Shown here: positions 1 through 8,786 of the stretch, piece after piece | Numbering within the stretch: position 1 is the stretch's first letter | Layout: each line of letters starts with the position of its first letter | Assembly (NCBI GenBank): GCA_035650475.1 | Contig: DASRHP010000012.1 | Coordinates: 110,059-174,058, forward strand | DNA length: 64,000 bases | Direction: 5' to 3' | Origin: Candidatus Binataceae bacterium | GTDB taxonomy: Bacteria > Desulfobacterota > Binatia > Binatales > Binataceae | Made by a program: the position numbers and the translations under genes | Notes under the pieces: generated by a model | What the model was told of the DNA's origin: nothing | Databases searched by the model: none | Seen by the model: the letters and a program-made list of their open reading frames with translations, nothing else

Positions 1-1
1 C

Positions 2-940
2 CGCGGAGAAGCCTTTCCGCTGCGCACCAGCTACGTGGTGATCGACGAGGCCTCGATGATGGACCTCGAGCTCGCGTCAAGCCTGCTCGCGGCGCTGCCC
101 GCCGGAAGCTCGCTGCTGCTGGTCGGCGACCGCGACCAGTTGCCGTCGGTCGGCCCGGGCAGCGTGCTCAAGGACATAATCGCCTCGGGGCTCGTGCCGG
201 TGGTCGAGCTGCGCCAGATCTACCGTCAGGCGCGTCAGAGCCTCATCGTGGCCAATGCCCATCGCCTCAACCGCGGCGAGATGCCCGAGACCGCCAACGA
301 CGCGGCGGGCGATTTTTTCTTCTTCGAGCGCAGCGCGCCCGAGGATATCGTCGCCACGATCAAGCAGCTCGTACAGCATCGCCTGCTCGGCGAGCGCTTC
401 GCGCTGCGCGACCCGCGCGAAATCCAGGTGCTGACCCCGATGAATCGCGGGCCGCTCGGCGCCCACGCGCTCAACCTGGAACTCCAGGCGCTGCTCAACC
501 CGGCAGGGCGCGAACTGCGCGCAGGCGAGCGCGCGCTGCGCGTCGGCGACCGCGTGATCCAGCTGCGCAACGACTACGACAAGCTCGTCTTCAACGGCGA
601 GATCGGACGCATCGTGTCGATCGATCCCGAGCGCGGCAGCGCCGGCGTCGCCTTCGAGGACAGCCGCGCCGAGTACAACCTCGCCGAACTCGACGAACTC
701 GGCCTTGCCTATGCTATTTCGGTGCACAAGAGCCAGGGCAGCCAGTACCCCGCCGTCGTCATCCCGCTCCATCCGAGCCACTACCTGATGCTGCGGCGCA
801 ACCTGCTGTACACGGCGATCACGCGCGCCGAGCGCGTCTGCGTACTGGTCGGTACGCGCAACGCCCTGATGCAGGCGGTGCGCAATGCGGACGAGCGCCG
901 CCGCTTCAGCCGCCTCGCCGAGCGCCTGCGTATCGATTAG
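2..940 (+). CDS. recD2: RecD2-like ATP-dependent DNA helicase, C-terminal part (5'-partial; reading frame runs off the window start)
   Basis: The translation contains SF1 helicase C-terminal motifs (VIDEASM, LLVGDRDQLPSV, ISVHKSQGSQYPAVVIPL, LLYTAITRA). The frame is open from nt 2. Confidence 0.8.
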   Translation, partial: RGEAFPLRTSYVVIDEASMMDLELASSLLAALPAGSSLLLVGDRDQLPSVGPGSVLKDIIASGLVPVVELRQIYRQARQSLIVANAHRLNRGEMPETANDAAGDFFFFERSAPEDIVATIKQLVQHRLLGERFALRDPREIQVLTPMNRGPLGAHALNLELQALLNPAGRELRAGERALRVGDRVIQLRNDYDKLVFNGEIGRIVSIDPERGSAGVAFEDSRAEYNLAELDELGLAYAISVHKSQGSQYPAVVIPLHPSHYLMLRRNLLYTAITRAERVCVLVGTRNALMQAVRNADERRRFSRLAERLRID

Positions 941-1137
941 CTCCGGCCCGGTCCGCTCGGCGGCGATGGCGCGGGAACCGCGTCCGCGCGAAGGGCGTTG
1001 ACAGAGCCGAGGACGTGCCGGCCTGGGATGGCGCTGATACCTCGGCTATCGGCTGTTGACGCTGGGCAGCACAAGGAACACAGTCACTCAGTCCTGTACG
1101 CGAAGGGTGGCGAGCGTTTTTCGAGGGCGAGCATCCG

Positions 1138-1740
1138 ATGAGGACTTTGCCGACGCGTATTGCCGCTTTAGCCGCGTATACTGCCCTGGCCGCCTGCGTC
1201 GCATTGCTTCAGGGATGCGCCGCCAACGCGCCGCAGTACGCAGAGGAACCGCCGTCATCCGCGCCGGTTTCCACCGGGCAGGCGGTGCCGCAGAGCGCCG
1301 CGACCGGCGGCGACCAGGGCGGCGCCCTGCATCCGGTCGAGGCGACCAGCCCCGGCGTACCCAGAGAGGACGCCGGCGTGACCGGTGTCTGGCAGGGGCA
1401 GCTGTGGGCCAACTGCAACGTGATCATGATGATGGACGAGACGCGATGCGGTGCGGTCAACGCCATCACGCTCACCCTGTTTCAGAAGGACACCGAGGTC
1501 AGCGGGTTCTACAAGTGCGCCTTCGGCAACATGAACTGCCTCAACATGAACGAAACCGGAAAAATCGCCAGGGGTAGCGTGAACGCGAAGATGCTCTCGA
1601 TTCGCGTGATGATGCCCGACGGCTCGGATTGCATGTACAGCGGCCGTCCTGTCGGCGACGCGATGCAGGGCTCGTACACCTGCATGCAGGGCGGCGGCTT
1701 GATCGAGCAGGGGCTATGGAAGGCGCGCCGCAGCTATTGA
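1138..1740 (+). CDS. Cys-rich secreted lipoprotein of unknown function (paralog of the 28918..29394 gene)
   Basis: N-terminal signal peptide with an LQGC lipobox. Six conserved Cys. The C-terminus (RVMMPDGSDCMYSGRPVGDAMQGSYTCMQGGGLIEQG) is nearly identical to that of the ORF at 28918..29394. Confidence 0.7.
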   Translation: MRTLPTRIAALAAYTALAACVALLQGCAANAPQYAEEPPSSAPVSTGQAVPQSAATGGDQGGALHPVEATSPGVPREDAGVTGVWQGQLWANCNVIMMMDETRCGAVNAITLTLFQKDTEVSGFYKCAFGNMNCLNMNETGKIARGSVNAKMLSIRVMMPDGSDCMYSGRPVGDAMQGSYTCMQGGGLIEQGLWKARRSY

Positions 1741-2243
1741 GCGGGGCGGCGGCGGACGCCGCGGCGCGGGCCTAACTCGCGCAGGGCGCCGAGAATTGAC
1801 TCGGCCTCGGCCCGGATCTTAGCGAAGTCGCCGCCGCGTTCGGCCACGATGCGCGCGACCTCGGCCGTCGCGCGCGCGTAGTCGTTCCTGAACCTGCGAT
1901 TGATTTGCTTCCAGGGGATGCCGCTAAGCGCGCGGATCGTCTCATTGCGGGCGTTCAGAAATCCGCGCGCAAGCAGCACGGCGATTCCCGGGTAGCCCAG
2001 ATACCCCTGCCAGTACGACGCGTTGTCGTTGGAGCTGACCTCGCGCCCGTCGGCCGACACCTCGACGCGATAGGTCTTGCTGCGATCGGACGACACGACC
2101 TCGGCCCCGCCGCCGCCCGCCTCGCGCACGCGGCCGTCGCCGAGCGCTCCGAGCGCCTCGTACACCTTGATCAGCGGCGGCATCTTCCACGCCGCTCCTG
2201 GCGCAGCGGTGCTCTTTGCGGATGGAGCCTTGCGCGAAGCCAT
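1734..2243 (-). CDS. hypothetical protein
   Basis: 169-aa ORF with strong GC3 bias in this frame, convergent with the lipoprotein gene. No family recognised. Confidence 0.45.
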   Translation of the reverse strand: MASRKAPSAKSTAAPGAAWKMPPLIKVYEALGALGDGRVREAGGGGAEVVSSDRSKTYRVEVSADGREVSSNDNASYWQGYLGYPGIAVLLARGFLNARNETIRALSGIPWKQINRRFRNDYARATAEVARIVAERGGDFAKIRAEAESILGALRELGPRRGVRRRPAQ

Positions 2244-2324
2244 TTTGATCAGCTCGCGGCGCGCGCGCGGCTTGACGCTGGCGCGCGCGCCTCACTAGCA
2301 TCGTGGGCGGACGGAGGGCCCACG

Positions 2325-2939
2325 ATGCTCAAGATGTTCGACTACAAGCCCTGACCCTGGGCGCGCAAGACGCGCATCGCCCTTTTGGAAAAAGGGCTCC
2401 AATGGGAAACCACCTGGCTCGATCTGCCCGCGGGCGAGCATAAGAAACCCGAGTATCTCGCAATCAACCCGGTCGGCAAGGTGCCGGCCTTGATTGATGA
2501 GGGGGTTATCGTCCACGACTCGACCATCGTCGGTGAGTATCTCGAAGACAAGTATCCCAGGCCGCCGCTGCTGCCGCACGACCCCGCGATGCGCGCGCGG
2601 GCGCGTGCTTTCGAAGATTATTCGGACGCCTACATGGCACCGTCGCTGTACAAGATCGTCTGGCAGATGCGCAAACCCGAGCCCGAGCGCGACCGCGCGA
2701 AGATCGCTGAGGGCGAGCAGGAGATGCTCAAGCATTTTGTCTGGCTCGACCGCGAGCTTGGTGGGCGGCAGTACTTCGCCGGGGGAATGCTCAGCCTCGC
2801 CGACATCTCGTTCGTGCCGCACTTGCACGCCTACGAACGGGCCGGCTACGCCATTGGCGCCGAGTTTCCGAACCTGCGCGCGTGGTGGGAGCGGATGAAG
2901 GCGCGGCCGAGCTTCACGGCGAGCTGGCCGCTGGATTAG
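2325..2939 (+). CDS. glutathione S-transferase family protein interrupted by an in-frame TGA at 2352-2354 (candidate selenocysteine codon, or a disrupted gene)
   Basis: MLKMFDYKP-[TGA]-PWARKTRIALLEKGL... is a continuous GST N-terminal thioredoxin fold. The stop codon aligns with the catalytic Ser/Cys of GSTs (cf. YTSPFVRK, CPWA motifs). A typical GST C-terminal domain follows. Confidence 0.6.
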
Positions 2940-2948
2940 GTGCGCCGC

Positions 2949-3428
2949 TCACTTGCGGCCGTATCTGTCCAGATGCAGTGACGGCACCACCTTTTCCCAT
3001 TCCGGGTCGAGCGACAGGGTAGGGAAGCCAGAGCCGAGCTGGATCAGCACGCCGTGCGATGAGCGCGGCGAGATGAACGCCTCATAGGAGACGGGCGAGT
3101 GCGTCTTCTCGTCAACAATCCGCACGCCTGCGGCCTTGAGCTCTGCGATGCGCTCGCGCGCGTCGGGTACCTTGAAGGTCATGTGATGGAAGCCTTCGCC
3201 GCGCTGCTCGAGGAAGCGGTGCAGAAAGGAGTCTGCGCGCAGCGGTTCGAGCAGCTCGATCACCGTTCCGCCGAGGTCGAACTCGGCGTACCTGAAGCCG
3301 GCCTCCTCGTTGGAATGTTCGTACATGCAGGTTGCGCCGAGCGCGCCTTCGTAAAACTTGCGTGCCTCGGCGATGCTTCTGACCGCCAATGCGATGTGGT
3401 CGAGCGTTCCGATCGGTCCCTTGGCCAT
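2949..3428 (-). CDS. VOC family protein (glyoxalase / methylmalonyl-CoA epimerase-like)
   Basis: 159 aa with typical paired beta-alpha-beta-beta-beta VOC modules (HIALAV..., HHMTFKV...). Confidence 0.7.
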   Translation of the reverse strand: MAKGPIGTLDHIALAVRSIAEARKFYEGALGATCMYEHSNEEAGFRYAEFDLGGTVIELLEPLRADSFLHRFLEQRGEGFHHMTFKVPDARERIAELKAAGVRIVDEKTHSPVSYEAFISPRSSHGVLIQLGSGFPTLSLDPEWEKVVPSLHLDRYGRK

Positions 3429-3490
3429 GCTTTGCGTCCGTCCTGCGGGTGATGAGTCCTCTAAGCGGCGCTGCGCGGCAGGGTGTGCGT

Positions 3491-3783
3491 TCAGCCCATC
3501 AGGCCGCGCGTGGTGCCGCCGTCGATGGTGACGTTGGCGCCGTGGATGAAGCCGCGACCACCTCGTTGATCGCCGCGGCCCGCGTCAGATCGGCCGGCAC
3601 GGCGACCACCCTGGCGCCTGCGCGCCGGCGCGCCTTGGCCGCGGTCTGTTTTAGCGCCGCCGCGCCGCGCGCGCAGACCACGACCGCCGCGCCTTCGCCG
3701 CTCAGCGCAAGCGCCGTGGCGCGGCCGATTCCCTTGCTGGCGCCGGTTACGATCGCGACCTTGCCGCCCAGTTCGAGATCCAT
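3491..3783 (-). pseudogene. short-chain dehydrogenase/reductase remnant (N-terminal Rossmann segment fused out-of-frame to the last ~20 residues)
   Basis: The minus strand encodes MDLELGGKVAIVTGASKGIGRATALAL... (TGxxxGxG motif). It then shifts frame into GFIHGANVTIDGGTTRGLMG* (SDR C-terminus). About 150 central codons, including the catalytic YxxxK region, are missing. Confidence 0.65.
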
Positions 3784-3833
3784 GTCGTCCTTCGCAAGCC
3801 TCCGCGCGGTAAATCGACGTCTGGGTGCTCGGC

Positions 3834-4187
3834 CTACCGCGCCATCATCGGCACCTCTTCGGTCACCATGAACTGGCAATTGGGAAGGTCGAGGAACTTG
3901 TGCTCGTCGGCGCGCACCACTTCGAGGTAACGCGGCTCGGCAAAGGCACGGCGGACCTCGTCGAGGTTGTCGGCCCATAGCTCGGCGATGCCATCGAAGC
4001 CCGAGCCTGCGCCGGGCGTGTCGCCGAGCGCGCCGGCCACGCTATGACACTGGACGTACTTGCGGAAGTGGCGCATCAGTTCAGTCACGCCCAGAACCAG
4101 CGGCCCGTGCACGTTCTTCCAGTAGTGATGGAACTCCTGCTCGCTCATCCCCGGCTTGCGCTTGAGCATCACCGACACCTTGACCAT
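3834..4187 (-). CDS. EthD domain protein
   Basis: MVKVSVMLKRKPGMSEQEFHHYWKNVHGPLV... is typical of EthD/dimeric alpha-beta barrel proteins. The upstream extension of the ORF to 4316 is unlikely to be translated. Confidence 0.6.
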   Translation of the reverse strand: MVKVSVMLKRKPGMSEQEFHHYWKNVHGPLVLGVTELMRHFRKYVQCHSVAGALGDTPGAGSGFDGIAELWADNLDEVRRAFAEPRYLEVVRADEHKFLDLPNCQFMVTEEVPMMAR

Positions 4188-4513
4188 CGCGATAACCTCC
4201 GCAGTTGTTAGGCGCTGCGCCACCTCCTCCGCCGGGCAGCGGAGCGGAAGCGCCCGCGAGCGCATGCTGTACTTATCACACCTGCGATGCTCAAGGGGCG
4301 CCGCCGGGGCGCGCACCCTCTACAACTGACGCGCCCCATCTGGCACGATTAGCTGATTGGAGGTCACTGCGCAGGGCGCGTGACCTAATCCCCGCCCCCT
4401 CCTTTACAGGAGGGGTAGTCAGCTTTGACGGCGTCGCCTTCGAAAGGACGCAGATTGAGGAGGTTAAGTTTGCGCGGCGCTAGATGTCGCGGAGCCGTTG
4501 TCCAAGCTACGTG

Positions 4514-6178
4514 ATGAAAGACCTGATCGTATCCATCCTGAGCGCTGCGATCGCGCGCGCGCGCGATGCGGGCAAGCTTGCGAGCGCGCCACCGCCGGCA
4601 CCGGCGGTCGAAGCGCCGCGCGATCCGTCCCACGGCGACATCGCAAGCAACGTCGCGCTGGTGATGGCGCGGGGCGAGCGCAAGCCGCCGCGCGCGATCG
4701 CTGAAATAATCCGCGAGCATCTCGAACTGCCGCCCGAGGTCGCGGAAGCGAGGGTCGCCGGCGCCGGGTTCATCAACTTCCGGATGGCGCCCGCGTTCTG
4801 GCACGGCGAACTGCGCCGCGCCGCCGCCGAGGGCCGGCGCTTCTGGCGTCCGCAGATCGGCGCCGGACGCAAGGTCCAGGTCGAGTTTCTCTCCGCCAAT
4901 CCGACCGGGCCGCTCACCGTCGGCCACGGGCGCAACGCCGTGCTCGGCGACACGATCGCGCGGATGCACGAGGCGACGGGCTTCGCGGTCACCCGCGAAT
5001 ACTACTTCAACAACGGCGGGCGTCAGATGCGGCTGTTGGGCGAGTCGGTGCGCGCGCGCTATCTCCAAGCGCTCGGGCGGGACGCACCGATGCCCGAGGA
5101 CGGCTACCAGGGCGAGTATATCCGCGAGATTGCCGCCGCGCTGGTCGCGCGCCACGGCGCGGCGCTCGCCGATTCCGAACAGCTCGAGGTTTTCCGCGCG
5201 GCCGCCGAGGAAGCGATCTTCGCCGACATCCGCCGCACCTGCGCGCGCCTCGGGATCGGCTTCGACGTCTTTACCAACGAGCTCGACCTCATCCGTGGCG
5301 GCCAGGTGGAGGCGGTGATCGAGGGGCTGCGCGCGCGCGGGCTGATTGCCGAGTACGACGGCGCCGTGTGGCTGCGCGGCGAGCCGCTGGGGCTGCCCAA
5401 GGATCGCGTGCTGATCCGCTCGGGGCCGGAGCGCGAGCCGACCTACCGCACGCCCGACATCGCCTATCATATCGAGAAGCTCAAGCGCGGCTTCGACCTG
5501 GTGATCGACGTCTTCGGCGCCGACCATATCGCCGAACACGAAGGCGTGCTCGCGGCGGTGCGCGCGCTGGGCTATGACGTTTCGCCGGTGCGCGCGATCA
5601 TCTACCAGTTCGTGACGCTCACGCGCGGCGGCGAGAAGGTCAAGATGTCCACGCGCAAGGCGACTTATGTCACGCTCGATGAGCTCATCGACGAGGTCGG
5701 CGCTGACGTGGTGCGCTTCTTCTTCCTCTTTCGCAAAAGCGACAGCCATCTCGACTTCGACCTCGACCTCGCCAAGCGCCAAGCGCCGGAGAACCCGGTG
5801 TTCTACGTGCAATACGCCCACGCCCGGCTGGCCAGCGTGTTTCGCGAGGCCGAAAAGGCCGGCCTCACGCTCCCCGCAGACGTCGCGCGGATCGCTCTCG
5901 ACCTGTTTTCCGAGGAGGAGCTCGGGCTGGCGCGCAAGCTAGCCGGCCTGCCCGACGTGGTGCGCGAGGCGGTCGAGAACCTCGAACCGCATCGCGTGCC
6001 CTTCTATCTGCTCGAACTGGCAGGCGATTTCCACCGCTACTACAACAAGCCGACGAATCGTATAATCGGAAACCAGCGCGAGCTGAGCGTCGCGCGGCTG
6101 TTCCTCGCGCGCCTGCTCAAGGAGGGAATTGCAAACGGGCTCGAGCTGCTCGGCGTGAGCGCTCCCGACCGGATGTGA
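4514..6178 (+). CDS. argS: arginine--tRNA ligase
   Basis: Full-length ArgS with add-1 N-terminal domain, class I catalytic core and a DALR anticodon-binding C-terminus (FYVQYAHARLASV). The start could alternatively be the ATG at 4484. Confidence 0.9.
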   Translation: MKDLIVSILSAAIARARDAGKLASAPPPAPAVEAPRDPSHGDIASNVALVMARGERKPPRAIAEIIREHLELPPEVAEARVAGAGFINFRMAPAFWHGELRRAAAEGRRFWRPQIGAGRKVQVEFLSANPTGPLTVGHGRNAVLGDTIARMHEATGFAVTREYYFNNGGRQMRLLGESVRARYLQALGRDAPMPEDGYQGEYIREIAAALVARHGAALADSEQLEVFRAAAEEAIFADIRRTCARLGIGFDVFTNELDLIRGGQVEAVIEGLRARGLIAEYDGAVWLRGEPLGLPKDRVLIRSGPEREPTYRTPDIAYHIEKLKRGFDLVIDVFGADHIAEHEGVLAAVRALGYDVSPVRAIIYQFVTLTRGGEKVKMSTRKATYVTLDELIDEVGADVVRFFFLFRKSDSHLDFDLDLAKRQAPENPVFYVQYAHARLASVFREAEKAGLTLPADVARIALDLFSEEELGLARKLAGLPDVVREAVENLEPHRVPFYLLELAGDFHRYYNKPTNRIIGNQRELSVARLFLARLLKEGIANGLELLGVSAPDRM

Positions 6179-6187
6179 GAACGACGC

Positions 6188-7048
6188 ATGCGCTTTGAAA
6201 TTGGTCCGGGTGGCGGATTCGTAATCCTGCTGGGGCTGTTGGGACTGTCCGCAGCGGTTTTCTTCCTGGGGATGATCTCGGGGCGCGAGATGGCGCAGAG
6301 CGCGCTCAACCAGGACCAGCTCGCCACCACCTATCCGTTGCCGCCGGCTGCGCCCGAGGCCGCCCCAGCGCCGGCGAATCAGACCGCGGCGGTGGCGCCC
6401 GCCGCGGCTGTACCGGCGGCTGCGCAACCGACGCAAGCGCAGGCCGCTGGCGCTGTCGCGCCCTCTGCAACTGCGCCGGCCGCGCGCGCCGCGGTAGCGT
6501 CGGCCGCGCCGCCGCCCGCCGCAATGCCGAAGCCGCAGGCCGAAAAGCCCGCGGCCGCCGAGCATCCGGCGCCGCCGCGTCCCGCGCTCGCCTCCGCGCC
6601 GCCGCCTCGTCCGGCAGCGCCGGCGCAGGCTGAGACCGCGGCGGCCGCCGTTTCGGCCGCAGCCGAACGCGCGGGCGCGCGCGCTCGCGAGGAGCGCGCC
6701 GGCGCGTCAGCCGCCGAGTCGCATCCGCGTGGCTACAACATCGTGATCGATGCGGCGATGGATCGCTCGGGCGCGGACAAGATGGCGTCGCGGCTGCTCG
6801 CGCTCGGCTATACGCCGCACATCATTCCCACCCTGATCAACGGTGGGACGTGGTACAAAGTCGAAGTCGGCCCCTATCCGAGCCAGGAAGACGCACGCGC
6901 CGCGCAATCGCAATTGCGTGCTGCCTACACCGCTCGCTACGTCAAGCGCGCGAGCGCGGCCGGAGCGGCCGCGAGCGGCGCGGCGAATGCGGGCGCTCTG
7001 GATGCGGGCGTCGGCGCCGATTCCGGCGCCGACGATTCCTCGGATTGA
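6188..7048 (+). CDS. SPOR domain-containing cell-division protein (DedD/FtsN-like)
   Basis: N-terminal TM helix, a long Ala/Pro-rich linker, and a C-terminal SPOR domain (YNIVIDAAMDRSGADKMASRLLALGYTPHII...WYKVEVGPYPSQEDA). The argS-SPOR pairing is common in proteobacteria. Confidence 0.75.
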   Translation: MRFEIGPGGGFVILLGLLGLSAAVFFLGMISGREMAQSALNQDQLATTYPLPPAAPEAAPAPANQTAAVAPAAAVPAAAQPTQAQAAGAVAPSATAPAARAAVASAAPPPAAMPKPQAEKPAAAEHPAPPRPALASAPPPRPAAPAQAETAAAAVSAAAERAGARAREERAGASAAESHPRGYNIVIDAAMDRSGADKMASRLLALGYTPHIIPTLINGGTWYKVEVGPYPSQEDARAAQSQLRAAYTARYVKRASAAGAAASGAANAGALDAGVGADSGADDSSD

Positions 7049-7090
7049 CAAGCGGCCGGCGGGCTGGCTTACTTAGACGCAATGCAATCG

Positions 7091-7165
7091 ATGGCCCTCA
7101 AGCATAAGGCGGACTGGCGTTGGTGCTGGCGCACCGTCGCGCCCGCCTGTGCCCCGGGGTCGTAG
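7091..7165 (+). CDS. trpL: trp operon leader peptide (MALKHKADWRWCWRTVAPACAPGS)
   Basis: Short ORF with three Trp codons in five positions (TGG CGT TGG TGC TGG). It sits immediately upstream of a GC hairpin plus T-run and of trpE. An alternative in-frame start lies at 7082. Confidence 0.55.
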   Translation: MALKHKADWRWCWRTVAPACAPGS

Positions 7166-7194
7166 TTTCACGAGTCGAGAAGGTTTTTTAAGGG

Positions 7195-7231
7195 GCCGCG
7201 GGCGAGTCGTCCGGCGGCCCCTTTGTTTTGG
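7195..7231 (+). terminator. intrinsic terminator / trp attenuator hairpin
   Basis: GGGGCCGC-N13-GCGGCCCC stem followed by TTTGTTTT. It lies between the leader peptide and trpE. Confidence 0.6.
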
Positions 7232-7283
7232 ACCGCTTCGGATCGCACGCATCGCGCGCCGCAAACAGGTGGGGAGAGGTTCA

Positions 7284-8786
7284 ATGCTAGAGCCGAGTCA
7301 GCGCGAGTTCGAAGCCATCGCCGCGCGCGGCTTCAACCTGATTCCGGTCTGGCGCGAGATTGCCGCCGATCTCGAGACGCCGGTGGGCGCCTTCCTCAAG
7401 GTCGCGCGCGGCGACTACGCCTTTCTGCTCGAGAGCGTGCAGGGCGGCGAGAAATGGGGGCGTTACACCTTCCTCGGCGCGGAGCCAGCAATGGTGCTGC
7501 GCGGGCGCAGCACGCGGCTTGACCTCGTGCGCCCGGGGCGCAGTGTCGAGGTGCGCTCGGTGGCCAACCCGCTCGACGGCCTGCGCGAGGAGATGCGGCG
7601 GTTCCGCGCACCCGAGACGCCCGCGCTGCCGCGCTTCTTCGGCGGCGCAGTGGGCTTCCTCGCCTACGACATCGTGCGCCACTTTGAGCGCCTGCCCGCA
7701 AACACGCGCGACGATCTCGGCACGCCCGACCTCTACATGATGCTGACCGACACGGTTCTGATCTTCGACAACGTGCGGCAGACGCTGAAGATCGTGGCCA
7801 ATGTTTCGCTGGAGGACTACCCCTCGACGCGCACGGCCTACAACGCGGCGACGGCCAAGATCGACGAGCTGGCGGCGCGGCTGCGCGAGCCAGCGCGGGT
7901 GCCGCGTCTGGAGGGCGCCGCCGCCAACGGCGAGATCAATATCGTTTCTAACCAGACCCGGGAGGGCTACATGGCGATGGTCGAGGCGGCCAAGGAGTAC
8001 GTCGCCGCGGGCGACGTTATCCAAGTAGTGCCCTCGCAGCGTTTCGAGGCGCCGCTCACCGCCCATCCGTTTAACCTCTACCGCAGCCTGCGCACCATCA
8101 ATCCGTCGCCCTACATGTTCTACTTGCGGCTGGACGACCACACGCTCGTCGGCGCGTCGCCCGAGGTGATGGTGCGGGTGGAGGGGCGCGAGATCACGCT
8201 GCGGCCGATTGCCGGCACCCGGCGGCGTGGCGCGACCGAGGCCGAAGACCGCAGGCTGGAGTGCGAGTTGCTCGCCGACCCCAAGGAACGCGCGGAGCAC
8301 GTGATGCTGGTCGATCTCGGGCGCAACGACGTCGGGCGGGTCGCCCGGATCGGTTCGGTCGAGGTCACCGAGCTGATGGTGGTCGAGCGCTACTCGCACG
8401 TGATGCATATCGTCTCCAACGTGCGCGGCACGCTGCGCGACGGCTGCGACGCCTACGACGCCTTTCGCGCCACCTTTCCGCAGGGCACGGTGTCGGGCGC
8501 GCCCAAGATCCGCGCGATGGAGATAATCGACGAGCTGGAGCCGGTGCGCCGCGGCGTGTATGCCGGCGCGGTCGGCTACTTCAGCTATACCGGCAACACC
8601 GACACCGCGATCGCGCTGCGCACGATCCTTGTCAAAGGCGGCCGCGTCTATATCCAGGCCGGCGGCGGCGTGGTCGCCGACTCCGACCCCGCCTCCGAGT
8701 ACGAGGAGTCGGTCAACAAGGCGCGTGCGATGGTGCGCGCGCTTAGCGCGGCGCGTGATTTCGAGAGCGCCGCGCGGGACAGATGA
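7284..8786 (+). CDS. trpE: anthranilate synthase component I
   Basis: Chorismate-binding family with conserved LLESV, GAVGY and NDVGR-type motifs. RBS GGAGAGG lies before the ATG at 7284. Confidence 0.9.
   Translation: MLEPSQREFEAIAARGFNLIPVWREIAADLETPVGAFLKVARGDYAFLLESVQGGEKWGRYTFLGAEPAMVLRGRSTRLDLVRPGRSVEVRSVANPLDGLREEMRRFRAPETPALPRFFGGAVGFLAYDIVRHFERLPANTRDDLGTPDLYMMLTDTVLIFDNVRQTLKIVANVSLEDYPSTRTAYNAATAKIDELAARLREPARVPRLEGAAANGEINIVSNQTREGYMAMVEAAKEYVAAGDVIQVVPSQRFEAPLTAHPFNLYRSLRTINPSPYMFYLRLDDHTLVGASPEVMVRVEGREITLRPIAGTRRRGATEAEDRRLECELLADPKERAEHVMLVDLGRNDVGRVARIGSVEVTELMVVERYSHVMHIVSNVRGTLRDGCDAYDAFRATFPQGTVSGAPKIRAMEIIDELEPVRRGVYAGAVGYFSYTGNTDTAIALRTILVKGGRVYIQAGGGVVADSDPASEYEESVNKARAMVRALSAARDFESAARDR

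Noticed and set aside
1056-1577. 173-aa plus-strand ORF (Arg-rich)
   Set aside because: Out-of-frame overlap with the lipoprotein gene, whose frame carries the signal peptide and paralog conservation.
2295-2828. 177-aa minus-strand ORF
   Set aside because: Antisense to the GST gene.
3499-3978. 159-aa ORF as an intact gene
   Set aside because: Only the 3783-3560 part is SDR-like. The upstream extension overlaps the EthD gene and the downstream part is out of frame. It is treated as a remnant instead.
4385-5821. 478-aa ORF on the minus strand
   Set aside because: It is entirely antisense to argS, and the ArgS frame has clear homology and GC3 bias. Long shadow ORFs are expected at 70% GC.
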